Shown here one piece after another: positions 25,088 through 35,482 of a DNA stretch of 64,000 bases; the stretch's first letter is position 1, and each line of letters starts with the position of its first letter. The notes below the pieces were generated by a model. That model saw only the letters and a program-made list of their open reading frames with translations, searched no databases and was not told the origin of the DNA. Made by a program: the position numbers and the translations under genes. This DNA is from Sminthopsis crassicaudata (taxonomy: Eukaryota). The DNA is taken from positions 419,286,958 to 419,350,957 of the forward strand of contig NC_133617.1 in the NCBI RefSeq assembly GCF_048593235.1. The letters are read 5' to 3'.

Positions 25088-25225
25088 CTAACTCAGTTTT
25101 ACACGTTCCAGTTCTTCATCCTGACCAGTGTTCGCACGCTGGGCAACCCTGATTTTTCCATCAGAGACTGAGCTTGGTACCTCGGTTGTGGAGGTTTTGG
25201 CAAGGGCTCCATACACACCCATGGC
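25088..25225 (-). CDS. STOML2: STOML2 exon 10 (AMGVYGALAK...DEELERVKLS*)
   Basis: 138 nt, TAG stop, matches the SLP-2 C-terminus. Confidence 0.94.
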   Translation of the reverse strand, partial: AMGVYGALAKTSTTEVPSSVSDGKIRVAQRANTGQDEELERVKLS

Positions 25226-25703
25226 CTGGGATTGGAGGAAAATGAAATTACGTGATTGGTGTAATAACATAAAAAATTAGGGTAGAGGACAGAAGCATGA
25301 AAATGGGGGAACAACAGATGGGAATGAGACACCAGGGAGAGGTGAGCATATGAGTATTGAAGACAGAGACTAGACAGTAAAAACCTTAAGGCTGACTGAT
25401 TGATTCATAGGGGGTAGAGGAGAAGTGAGGACTACAGTCTACAGTGAAAGGTAATTCATATACTGGAGGTGGAGAACCAGCATTTCATTGGGAAGGAGGC
25501 TATTCAACTTGAAAGGGAGAAGAACAAGACTATCTCTACAGGAAGATTTAATTATTTTTGGCTGGGGATGTGAAAAAGACCTTCAGGAAAGGAGAGATCC
25601 AGAAACAACATCTAGAGATAATGTTCCCTGGGGTGATCTGAGAGACTACTTCAGTTTCTGGTAGAACTCAACCAAAATGGGGATGATGTTGAGGGAGACT
25701 AAC

Positions 25704-25832
25704 CTGAGCCACCATGCTAGTGACATCTCCAGGATTAGAAGGTAGCAGAATGGTGTTGGAATCCTTTGCCAGTTTGGAGAAAGCACTGACATACTGCTCG
25801 GCCACTGTTAGGGAAGCTGCTGCATCTCCATT
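25704..25832 (-). CDS. STOML2: STOML2 exon 9 (NGDAAASLTVAEQYVSAFSKLAKDSNTILLPSNPGDVTSMVAQ)
   Basis: 129 nt, AG/GT boundaries. Confidence 0.96.
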
Positions 25833-26179
25833 CTGTAGTCATCACCATGGTCATCAGGTCAAGAATTACAAGAAGTATAAATAACATAAGGGGTCATGAG
25901 AAATGAGGTCAGGAAATATGGGACAGGTGAGGTCAGGGGCCATGGGAAACATCAGGGGATCACAAGACCAATAGAGTCAGAGGGCATAGGTTCAGGGAAT
26001 GCATTTTGAGGTTAAATCAAGGGATGTGGGAAGTCAGGAATGTAACTTCAGAGATGACGAGTTCAGATTACAGGGGACACAGCTTCAAGAGAACCCCCCA
26101 AAAGTGGGTAGGGGGGCACCTGTGGATGTCCCAAGCAGGAATAGGACAAGAAATCTCCTACCTCCTATTATTCACTCAC

Positions 26180-26259
26180 TTGTTGTGTCAGAGCTGCTGC
26201 TAGGATCCGTATAGCCTCAGCCTTGGCCTTTGCTTTGGCCAGCACTGCAGTGGCTTCAC
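26180..26259 (-). CDS. STOML2: STOML2 exon 8 (GEATAVLAKAKAKAEAIRILAAALTQQ)
   Basis: 80 nt, CAA|GTGAGT donor. Confidence 0.96.
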
Positions 26260-26381
26260 CTGGGGGAAGGGCAAGAGCTCTCAATGACAGCAAACAGGGA
26301 AAACTTGTTCCTGGCCAGAATCCCTACAGGGACAGAAGTCTGCCCAGACCAGAGCCCCTCTTTACCCCCACCATCACTGAC

Positions 26382-26526
26382 CAGCTGCCTGGTTGATTTG
26401 TTCAGCCTTCTCTGCCTCAGAGGCCAAGATCTGTGCTTGCTTCTTTCCCTCAGCCACATTGATGGCAGACTCCCGTGTTCCCTCTGACTCAAGCACCGTC
26501 GCACGTTTCCGACGTTCTGCCTCTAC
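26382..26526 (-). CDS. STOML2: STOML2 exon 7 (VEAERRKRATVLESEGTRESAINVAEGKKQAQILASEAEKAEQINQAA)
   Basis: 145 nt, AG/GT boundaries. Confidence 0.96.
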
Positions 26527-26847
26527 CTGGAAGCAGGGTCACCCCACCCCAAGGTCACCAAGGAGACAGACCTAGTTTTCAGACTACCAGGGATAGTGCT
26601 CAAACAAGAGACACAGATATATTCTCTCATCCCAAAGTCATCTTGGGGGTAGGCTAGAGAACTCAGATATGGATAAGCATACTCCCCATCAATAGAGTCC
26701 TCCCAGGAAGATGAAGGAGCAGGAATCAGGGACTAAAAAACAGGTCCCACTGCCATTCTCACTAGGCAATGATTCCTTCCCAGTTCCTATGGTTTCCAGT
26801 TTTAAACTGCCCCGCCATTCCAAGAGCCACGCCCTCATTCCCCCAAC

Positions 26848-26982
26848 CTGCATCTGCATGGACTCTTTGACTCGAGGAGGTACGTGGATGTCCTTGATCT
26901 CGTAGCGGAGACAGCGGATACCCCAATAATCAGAGGCCTGATTGATGGCATCCACAATGCTGGCATTCAGGGATTCTCGTTC
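26848..26982 (-). CDS. STOML2: STOML2 exon 6 (ERESLNASIVDAINQASDYWGIRCLRYEIKDIHVPPRVKESMQMQ)
   Basis: 135 nt, SPFH-domain motif. Confidence 0.96.
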
Positions 26983-27171
26983 CTGGTATGGGAGAAGGAT
27001 GAGATAACATCTTATATCCCTCAGCTGGGCCAGGCAGACAACCTGATCCCTTCCCTCGACTCTCCATCACACCATCAAGACGCCAGGGGAAAGATTAAAT
27101 ACAAGCTTGTAAAAAGGAACCTTTACACTTTTACCCTGAGTGACCAAAAGCTACGGCCTGCCTCCACTCAC

Positions 27172-27273
27172 CCGAAAAACTTTATCCAGCGAGAGCTTCC
27201 CGAGCTCACTCCTCATGGTCGTCTGGGCCAGCTGGGTGACTGCGTACTCTGGATCTTCTACACCATAGCTCGC
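27172..27273 (-). CDS. STOML2: STOML2 exon 5 (ASYGVEDPEYAVTQLAQTTMRSELGKLSLDKVFR)
   Basis: 102 nt, CGG|GTGAGT donor. Confidence 0.96.
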
Positions 27274-27351
27274 CTAGGAGAGGGGTTCGTGATAAGGGAC
27301 GTAATGTCCCGAGATGAGGAGTCACCCACAGGTTTGGAAGGAGGAAGGTAC

Positions 27352-27410
27352 CTTGTAAGGGTCCATGATGCGCAAGTAAAGGACTCCGTCAATCTGTAGC
27401 GTCACATTGT
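27352..27410 (-). CDS. STOML2: STOML2 exon 4 (DNVTLQIDGVLYLRIMDPYK)
   Basis: 59 nt, AG/GT boundaries. Confidence 0.96.
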
Positions 27411-27571
27411 CTAGGGAAAAAGGGAAGGAAGTGAAGGTCTTTGTCCCACAGCTCCTCCTTTCCCCCTCCCCTTCTCTCATGCACTCATATTCACTAAGAG
27501 TTGCCACAGTCACACACCCCTTAGTTACACTTGTACTTAAGTGCAGAGCGGCAGTGGAGAGTGCCCCTCAC

Positions 27572-27671
27572 CTAGGGTTACCGCGGACTGCTCAGGCACG
27601 TTGATGACTATCTCCTTGAGGCTCTGTACGTATCGGATCCGGTCCAGCACAGGGATTAGGATGTTTAAGCC
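27572..27671 (-). CDS. STOML2: STOML2 exon 3 (GLNILIPVLDRIRYVQSLKEIVINVPEQSAVTL)
   Basis: 100 nt, AG/GT boundaries. Confidence 0.96.
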
Positions 27672-27963
27672 CTGGTAAGAGTGGGAGAGGAGTCAGAGGA
27701 TCTGGTAGAAATGAAGACCCTGAAGAAGCAGTCCCTATGCGAGAACATTCAGCCCACGGGTGCTTCTAGATAGTGCACGTGTTGTCTGCCCGTCAGAAGG
27801 TGAGCTCCCTGGGAGAAGACCCCACACTTTCCCTATCTGCACCCCCACACTGAGTCCAGTACTTTGTTTACAGAATGCTAAATAAATGCTCCTTCATTTT
27901 CCCACAATCGGCGCTTCCCCCAGCTACCCCGCGGGAAAAGGGCAGGGAGAACGGGAATCTCAC

Positions 27964-28101
27964 TGGCTCCAAGATGCGGTGGAATCGGCCCATGCGCTCC
28001 ACTACCCACGCTTCTTGCTGCGGCACGAACAGCACCACCGTGTTTCTCGGTAGGCCCGAGGCCGCCCGCTGTTGAGTGGGGCCCAGCCAGGCTCTGGGGC
28101 C
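27964..28101 (-). CDS. STOML2: STOML2 exon 2 (GPRAWLGPTQQRAASGLPRNTVVLFVPQQEAWVVERMGRFHRILEP)
   Basis: 138 nt, CCA|GTGAGA donor. Confidence 0.95.
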
Positions 28102-28599
28102 CTGGAAGAAATAACAACGGGTGGGGAAGTGGGGAGTGGGCAAGGACGGCGGGGAGAAAGGGCACCTTCCCGACGGGGGAGGGGCTGAGAGTGAGGAGTC
28201 TGCAGCAGGGGCTTCCTCACACAGGTGAGTGCAGGAAGGGACAGGAACAGTAACAGGAGCCGGAGGAACACCCTTTCTGTAAAGGGGACACAGGCTCACG
28301 GCGCCGCACGTTTTAGCTGGCCCTTGGATGTATGAATAAAAAGGAGACACGGGGGCAGCAAGGATGGGAAAAACAGAACGAGGGGGTGGGGATGCTGAGA
28401 ACGTAGGAGAAAAAGGGGGGTGGGGACGGGCAGGGCACCCGGCACGGCGGCCGCAGGTCCTGTAAGTGCAGAGGTGACAGGAAGACACGCTTCGGGAGAA
28501 CCCCCTCCCCCCACACCGCCCCTGCACTCCGCCCTGATGGGAATCTGACAAGGGAAACTGAGGCTGGAAACCCCAAAAAGAGTCATTTCCCATCAGCCC

Positions 28600-29100
28600 C
28601 ACGTGGATGGGAGTTATTTCTGACCCCTTAGTTTTCCCCTCAACAGTGCGATATCCCATCCGTCTTCACTAGGCTGCAATGGAGAAGGGGCTCGGCCTTG
28701 TGGCCGTGACCCCCTGGCGGGAATGAGCGCGGGGAGGAGGAGCAGCAGCCTCATTCTCACCTTGAGCACCAGGCCCCCGGCCCCCCGCGCCGCGCGCACT
28801 AGCATCTCACAGCACCGCCACCGCCGCCACCTGACCTCCGGAACCAACGAGACTCGGCCTAGAACGACGCCTCCCTATTCCTGGGGAGCGTGCACCATCT
28901 CATGCGGCCCCTCCGGAAACACTTCCTTGTGCCGCTTGGTCTCGCAGCCAATCACCGACGCTCCGCAGCGCCGAGTCCAAACAGTTCCCCGGAAAGCGAA
29001 ATCTCCCCTGTGACGCGTTCCGGGACCGATATCTGTCCCTGGCTGTTCCCCCTCTCTGACCTACAAGGCGGTCCTCTGGTTTCCAGCCCCAAAGGAAGAA
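28600..29100 (-). promoter_or_regulatory. STOML2 CpG island and promoter (ETS CCGGAA sites near 28838, 28912, 28988; CCAAT near 28949; TGACG near 29010)
   Basis: CpG-rich segment around exon 1, with motifs read directly. Confidence 0.7.
28761..28805 (-). CDS. STOML2: STOML2 exon 1 (MLVRAARGAGGLVLK, start of the mitochondrial presequence)
   Basis: ATG at 28805 and AAG|GTGAGA donor. The joined CDS is 1071 nt (356 aa), stomatin-like protein 2. Confidence 0.93.
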
Positions 29101-29238
29101 AAGGTCTTATAGACCCTTCGTGTACAGGTGACCTGGGAAGACCAGACACCTTTATTCTTTCCCTAACCTCCCTCCAAACCTCCGTTTTCTCACCTGGGCC
29201 CCTTAATATTGTTGGGGGATAGAGGGAGAGAGTTAAAG

Positions 29239-29388
29239 GTTGCTATGGAGTCCCAAAGGGAGACGCTATTGTGTTGCCATAGTGATGACTTCCCCGGGAG
29301 ATGACCAGTACCCCTCCCCCACTACCAGTGAGTGACCCGGTTCCCCGTTGCCATAGTGACTGGCATCATTCTCGGTTACCCTCGTGAC
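29239..29388. promoter_or_regulatory. Cluster of RFX X-box-like motifs
   Basis: GTTGCTATGGAGTC 29239, GTTGCCATAGTGAT 29273, GTTGCCATAGTGAC 29347, GTTACCCTCGTGAC 29375. Confidence 0.55.
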
Positions 29389-30168
29389 TAGGTCTTGGCT
29401 TCCCCTTGCCCCTGGACTTTCTCTCACCAGAGAATGAGAAGAGCTGGTGGGATCACGCAACTCCCGGCAGACTCTTCAGACCCCCTCTACCGAAAAGAGA
29501 AAACAAAACATAGCGCTAATGCCCATTTTTTTTAAGTTCACGTGGCTGTATTTCCACCTTTTGTATCTATGATTTGTCTGGCACAACAATCTTTCATGTT
29601 CGGCTATTTCCCGTTCTCCTTTTGTAGCCGCTCAGTTACTACATCCTCTTGTTTCATCCTCCGCCTCTCTCCAGAACCTTTTCCCTCTCCCACCCCCAGT
29701 GTTCTCCCACCGCCTGCCCCTTTCATTCTGTTACTTTACTAATATCCTCCCTTTTGCACAGTGAAGTTAAAATTCGGAGTAATAATACTCAAGGCCTTCC
29801 ACAGTCTGGAAAATGTCGCCGAGCCATTTCTCATTCAACTCCATTCACATGCTCTGTGCTCCTAGAAACTAGAGCCCCTTCTGCTTCCAGGACACAGCTG
29901 CACTTTTCTGTCTGATTTGCTATAATCCTATTCCCATTAACTCTGGCTGTAGAGGTCTTGCCCATTATTTGAAACACCTTCGTTTCATTGAAGTCTCCCC
30001 CTTGTACTTAGCGCTCCCAAATTGTTTTCCTCACTTTGAGGATTTTATTTGCCTAGACCATCCTTCGCTACTGTTGTAATCTCTTCCTACTTGAGCTCTA
30101 CATAATATTCAGAAGGATTGCTTATTGTATTAATGTGTGACTAAGAGTGGCACAGAGATGGCGGTATA

Positions 30169-30306
30169 TTTTTTTCCCTGGGGAGGTTTAAGTGACTTGC
30201 CCAGGGTCACACAGCTAGGAAGTGTTAAGGTCTGAGACCAGATTTGAACTTGGGTCCTCCTGAACTCAGGGCTGATGCTCTATCCACTGCGCCACCTAGC
30301 TGTCCC
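30169..30306 (-). mobile_element. WSINE1-type tRNA-derived SINE
   Basis: Full head-to-tail SINE with degenerate TSD GAGATGGCGGTAT / GAAATGGTGGTAT. Confidence 0.8.
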
Positions 30307-31054
30307 TGAAATGGTGGTATTAAGGAAATGGGAACTTAAGAATCAGGAAGAGAAGATCAGCTCTAAGCTCAGACACTGTGTGACCTCATCCGGAAAACGA
30401 GAATTATAATAGCGCCCATGTCCCAAGCAGTCCTCAGTCAATTAGATAATTGTAAAGTACTGTTTGTGGTACACAGTAAGCACTATATAAATGTTACCTA
30501 TTATTACTTTGGGAGTGGAGTCAAGGCCTCCCCCCTCTCAAGTGCCTTGCATAGTTTTACACCCGGAAGGTACTTCATAAATATTAGTTGTATGACCCTG
30601 TATAACCTGTATCAGTTTCCTGAATTGTAAATCGGAGAGAATAGCAACACTTACCTCTAAAAGTACTTAGCACAGTGCTTGTCACATAGTAAGTAGGGAC
30701 TAAATAAATGCTAGCTATTATTATAAAATACACAAACATGTCCTTCCAGAGACAGTCCTACTCCCATTTCAATGAATTGAATACTCCCCAGCCTTCCAGA
30801 CTGTTTACCAAGCCCCTTGTGATCTTAAAAGATTAATTTCTCATCCTAGGCCTACTTCTTTTATAAAGTGAGTCAACAGATTTTTCTGTAAGGCTTCTTT
30901 CTATCAGTTATACTAGGAAGACACCACTGAAAAAGGCCTAGTTTCATAATATCTGTCCTTGTCCAGCCTCTTTTTCTTTCTTCCAAGGTCTGTATTCCCT
31001 TATTAATCCCTTATCAAAAAAGTGTAAGGCTCAAATCATGTCTCCAAACAAAAA

Positions 31055-31120
31055 TTTATTAAATTTCTTTTTCTTTTTCTTTTTTTTTTTTTTTAAGAAA
31101 AGTACCAGATACAATTTATT
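31055..31120 (-). terminator. ATOSB tandem polyadenylation signals (AATAAA at 31115-31120 and 31055-31060)
   Basis: Two TTTATT hexamers on the plus strand flank a T-run, about 1.2 kb past the stop codon. Confidence 0.6.
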
Positions 31121-32289
31121 CCTCTGATTTTCAAGTTTCTGCAAATGCTTGTTCCCCTAACCTCATCCCCAGGAGGCAGGGCTGGGGCTGGGTCAGGGTC
31201 CAGGATAGGGTATACAGTCCAGGAGGGAACAGACAGCCAGGAATCACAGCAACCACAACACAAATGTGCAGGGGCATTCCTCCCCCAAGCTGAGGTAGGT
31301 AGATCAGAGTCCGGGGCTCAGCCTTGTCCCAAGCAAGAGGTGGGAAAGAGGAGAGTCCTAGTTGTTGGCCCTGACTCTGCTCCCCTAGCCATGCCTCTTC
31401 TGCCCCAACTCCCCCCGATCACACACAAACACACACACTTCACTCAGGACCCCAAGGGTGGGAGAGGCAGCTGCTTGGGGGAGGGGTGCATTGGAGTATA
31501 GAGCCCACCTTAAGCCTCATTATTTCTCTCTGTCTCTCACTCACTCACTCACACGTTTTGTTTCTGGCAGGCATCGTGGGGCAAGGGAAGGGAGACAGGA
31601 AATAGGGAAACTAGGTCTTTGGCTACTGACCCAGTCTCTTCAGGATAACACCTCTACTCTGGCCCTCAGGCACATGGAGTAAGGCCACCCCCCCACCATT
31701 CTACTATACTTTCTCCTCTTCCTCCTAGCCTCACTGTCCCTAACCAAGAAAGGGCAGCTCTTTTCCCCTAACAGAAATCAGTCTGCTCAAACCAGGAGGT
31801 TAGGGCAGTATCTGAGATGGGTGGAGCCATGTTAATTGTCAGGTTTTGGAGGTCAACAAAGCTGTCCCAACTGAATAAATTATAAATTAACAATAAATAA
31901 AACAAGAGGTGGCCCCTGCCCAGGATGGGAAGGGAAGGGAGAGCTTTGGGAAGGGTGATGGGCCTGTGCTCCCATGGTCTACAGAACATGGAGAAAGCCC
32001 CACTCCTTACAACTACAGCATTAGGTAAATTTCTCTTCTTCACCATCTAGGGTAGTGGCTGGGAAGCCAAAAGGGAGGGGAGAGAGTGTGTGTGAACCTG
32101 GAGCAGGGCATTAATTAGCTGGAAGATGGAGGACAGGAGTTTCAAACACCAAATGGTCAATACTTCAGCCTTGAGTTTAGCTGTCCCTTTAATTCAAGCC
32201 TGGAGGACCTGCCTCTCTCTCCTCAGGCCCAGCGTGTCCAAGATGGAGTAGGCTAGTGTCCTTGGAAAGGCCTGAAATCATCAGGGCAG

Positions 32290-32443
32290 TCAGGGCAAAG
32301 GTGAATAACGAGGATTTTGAGGGGCCTCTGTCAATGCCTGCAGCTCATAGGGGAGCCCCGTGTCTAGTTCCAGGCTCCGGCGGGAGAAGAGGAGGCGGAT
32401 ATCCCCATGCAGATACAGCCGGCCAGAGCGAGAACTCCGGAAT
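32290..32443 (-). CDS. ATOSB: ATOSB last coding exon (FRSSRSGRLYLHGDIRLLFSRRSLELDTGLPYELQALTEAPQNPRYSPLP*)
   Basis: 154 nt, TGA stop. Matches the FAM214B/Atos C-terminal domain. Confidence 0.95.
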
Positions 32444-32624
32444 CTGTTATGGGTACAAAGGATTGGGAGCCAAAGTGAGGTCTGGGGCAAGAGAAAACTG
32501 TTGGACTGGAAAGATACCGACGAGCAAAAGGGAAAGACGAGAGTTGGGGAAGAGACTGGAGGTATAACGGGAGATTGTATCTAAGAAAGACCTGTGTTTT
32601 CCCCAGCATATCCTTGACCCGTAC

Positions 32625-32800
32625 CTGAGGTGCAGCAGGTAGCAGAGGAGGCGGCGGGTGGGGCTCACATTGCCCTCCTCACCCACAGGCACCAGGAAGA
32701 GTCGGTGGCGAAGGAAGGTCACGTGGGCAGCAGGCATGTCCGAGAAATCAAAGGTCACAAGGAACATCTTCACCACCGTCTGGTTAGGGTTAAATAAGGT
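32625..32800 (-). CDS. ATOSB: ATOSB coding exon (TLFNPNQTVVKMFLVTFDFSDMPAAHVTFLRHRLF...LCYLLHLR)
   Basis: 176 nt, AG/GT boundaries, conserved Atos domain. Confidence 0.95.
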
Positions 32801-32933
32801 CTGGGGAGCAGGGGAAAAAGGTCAAGAAAAATCTTGGGGGGCCATCCCACCATCCCCTCCCGCCCTAAACTCCATAGTGTGGGGTTGGGAGGGGCTTGCT
32901 GCCACCCATTTTCTCCCCACAGGACAGACTCAC

Positions 32934-33002
32934 CACTTGAACGGTGCCCGCCTTGGGAACGCTATAGCCCTTTCTCCCCAGAGGATTCAGGTCCACGATG
33001 CC
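32934..33002 (-). CDS. ATOSB: ATOSB coding exon (GIVDLNPLGRKGYSVPKAGTVQV)
   Basis: 69 nt, GTG|GTGAGT donor. Confidence 0.93.
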
Positions 33003-33336
33003 CTGGGGATTCCAGAGGAGCCATGGAGCCATCAGCTAAGAACCAAAGTCCCCAGGAGCCCAGAGTCCCCCCTTCCATGTCAGAGCCCCCAACCTCTTAG
33101 TAGTCCTAGAACCTCCGCTCTAAAAAAAAAAAAAAAGCCAGGAACTTTCTAGTCTCCAAAGCTCTTGACCCCAGACCTGTTCACCAGATTTCCAAGAGAG
33201 GATGGAGAGGAAATTTGACAAAAGCTGATGATTTTCCTCCCACTCCTCTCCTGCTGCTCCTTCCCTTCCACACCCCCTACTCCCACCTTCCCCATAATTT
33301 TCCATGGATTGTAAAACAGGGCTAAGCAGTCCTTAC

Positions 33337-33495
33337 CAGGAAGGGGGCAGGGGCGCTATGCTCAGACACATCAAAGAAGGTGACAGCAACAGGCAGGGTG
33401 ACATGCTGGGGACAGTAGGAACCGCTGGCCCCAATCTCAGCAGTGAAGCCTTCAATGTGGCCAGATGGTACAAATCGGCCTCGAAGCAATGACTC
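33337..33495 (-). CDS. ATOSB: ATOSB coding exon (ESLLRGRFVPSGHIEGFTAEIGASGSYCPQHVTLPV...APFL)
   Basis: 159 nt, CTG|GTAAGG donor. Confidence 0.95.
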
Positions 33496-33519
33496 CTAGA
33501 TGTTAATAAGGAACAACGT

Positions 33520-33682
33520 TTTTTTTGTGGTGGGGGTTTTTTTTGGTGAGACAATAGGGGTTAAGTGGCTCATCTGGAGTCACACAGCTTCTAAGTGTTT
33601 AGTTTTCAAGGCTACATCTGAACTCCTCAAGTCCTGTTGACTTCAGAGTTGAGCTCTGTCCACTGAGCCATCTAGCTACCTC
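33520..33682 (-). mobile_element. Diverged WSINE-type SINE in an ATOSB intron
   Basis: T-rich tail, GGGGTTAAGTGGCT...CACTGAGCCATCTAGCTACCTC. Confidence 0.65.
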
Positions 33683-33837
33683 AGGGACAGCATATTAAAG
33701 GAGAGAAGTAGTAGACCCTTTCCAACACTTCCTTAAAATGATTTCCCTGAGGCCCTCTCTGCATGGAAATCTCTCCCTTTATTAATCCCTCTCTCTCTCA
33801 CCCTCCCCACTTTTCCAGGACCCAGGGAAGTCAGTAC

Positions 33838-33943
33838 CTCAAAGTTGCCTAGCAGGGTGTGGCTGACAGCAAGGGTAGGAACAGGGGGAGCACTGGGAGA
33901 GATCAGCAGGCCTGGTCCCTTCCGGAAGCTTCGCAGGGAGCTC
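33838..33943 (-). CDS. ATOSB: ATOSB coding exon (SSLRSFRKGPGLLISPSAPPVPTLAVSHTLLGNFE)
   Basis: 106 nt, LLGNFE|ES motif across the junction. Confidence 0.93.
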
Positions 33944-34159
33944 CTTAATAAGGGGAAGAGAAAGAGACTACTCAGTAGTGTCTCCTCCCCCCCCACTTCC
34001 CTCCCTAGCACCTTTTCACTACAGCTGGAGAACCCATCCCATCTCCCCCCTCACCCCCTGGGGCTAACTGGACTAAAATACCCATCTGTAGAAAGAAAAG
34101 GAACCACCTTGCGCCGAGCTGACATGGAGATGATGTGCGAAATGAGGTCAAACACTTAC

Positions 34160-34218
34160 AGTTTTAGTCTTCGGGCACCTTTCAGCCTTCGTCCTGTAGG
34201 ACTGCAGTCAGCCAGTCC
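34160..34218 (-). CDS. ATOSB: ATOSB coding exon (GLADCSPTGRRLKGARRLKL)
   Basis: 59 nt, CT|GTAAGT donor. Confidence 0.92.
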
Positions 34219-34591
34219 CTGCAAAGGATGGGGAGAAAAGGGTCACCACCAGTAAGAGGAGAGGAGCTGAAACATGGCATGGGAGAGAGAGGTGGAGCCC
34301 AAAGGGCAAACGTTCCCATTCAGGACCCCCAGAGAGCATTAGGAGAGGAGGAAAGAGCCACGGTTAAGGTGTGGAGATGAAACAGACCTAGAATATTCAG
34401 GTTGGCCAGGCCATCAGCCCTGACCTTCATCCACAAAATCTGCCCTGAGGGACACTGGCTCTGTAGGAAAGTCCCACTAGGACATAACAGCTTATTTTCA
34501 GAGAGAGACGGGCGGGATTAGAGCAGCACTCTGAGTAGACAGAGGGCGGCAGACTGGCGGCTGGGGGCTTCCTTTCCAGCTCGGGGCTCAC

Positions 34592-35482
34592 CTGCATTGG
34601 CTCCCTGGGTACAGGCAGCAGGTGGTTCCAGAACGGCGCAGCTTTGGCATCAGTACTTCGGGCAGCGGGGGGAGGGCCAGAAGGAGCCACCCTGTGCCTT
34701 CGGGGGGCTGGTCCCTCATCTCCAGAGTTGGCATCAGGGGCCTCCCCAGCTGGGAGCAGCCTCCGCTTGGCAGGACAGGGCCCTGTTGGGGCTGGACCTG
34801 GGGGAGTATGCTCAGGACTATGTCCATTGGCAGTACCAGGAGGTTCTCCAGGCCAGGGACTGCTCCCATTGCCCATCTCGGGTCCTGGGTCTTCTTCCCC
34901 TTTCTGTGCAAGACTGTGCAAATCAGCATCAAGTATGTGCAGCTGGCCACAAGGCAACCCTGGCCCAGTGACCTCACCCAGGCCCTTCCTCCCCCCGGGC
35001 TCTGGGGGGCCCCAGTCTCTGGTGTGCAAAGTGCTATAGGAAGCATGTGGTAGAGGTCCAGGGAAAATCCAGGCCCCAGTAGTCCTAGATGGATTTGGAC
35101 TGTCCCGATGTTCCACAACCTGGAGACCACGATGTGAGAAGTGCTGGCCTGCCCCTCCAAGCCCCAGGCTGAGCCCAGCGTCCAATGGCCCTACTGTGGC
35201 TAGCTCTTCAAGAAACTGTCCTTCCCGACCAGCTATTCCTGGACCTCGCTTTGCCTCACGGACACCTTCAGTAGGGGGTCCTGGCCGCTTCAGGGCCCTA
35301 CGGGGTTCAGGAGGGCTGGCCAAAGGGGAGAAGACAGACACCTCGTAGACTCCCTGGGACACAGTCCCTCCTGCTTGGCTGAAGCCCATGAGCAGCCCAC
35401 CCCTCGGGCCCCCCTGCCCACCTGGGGGCTGTGAGGGGCCAGGCTCAGGGGATGGCGTTGGTTCCACCTGCACGTGGCGCAT
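34592..35482 (-). CDS. ATOSB: ATOSB (FAM214B, Atos homolog B) first coding exon (MRHVQVEPTPSPEPGPSQ...VPREPMQ)
   Basis: ATG at 35482 and CAG|GTGAGC donor. The exon acceptor is at 35557, giving 75 nt of UTR. The joined CDS is 1614 nt (537 aa). Confidence 0.95.

Noticed and set aside
34588-35160. Alternative-frame and antisense ORFs (124-190 aa) over the ATOSB first coding exon
   Set aside because: Expected in GC-rich exons. No independent promoter or splice evidence.
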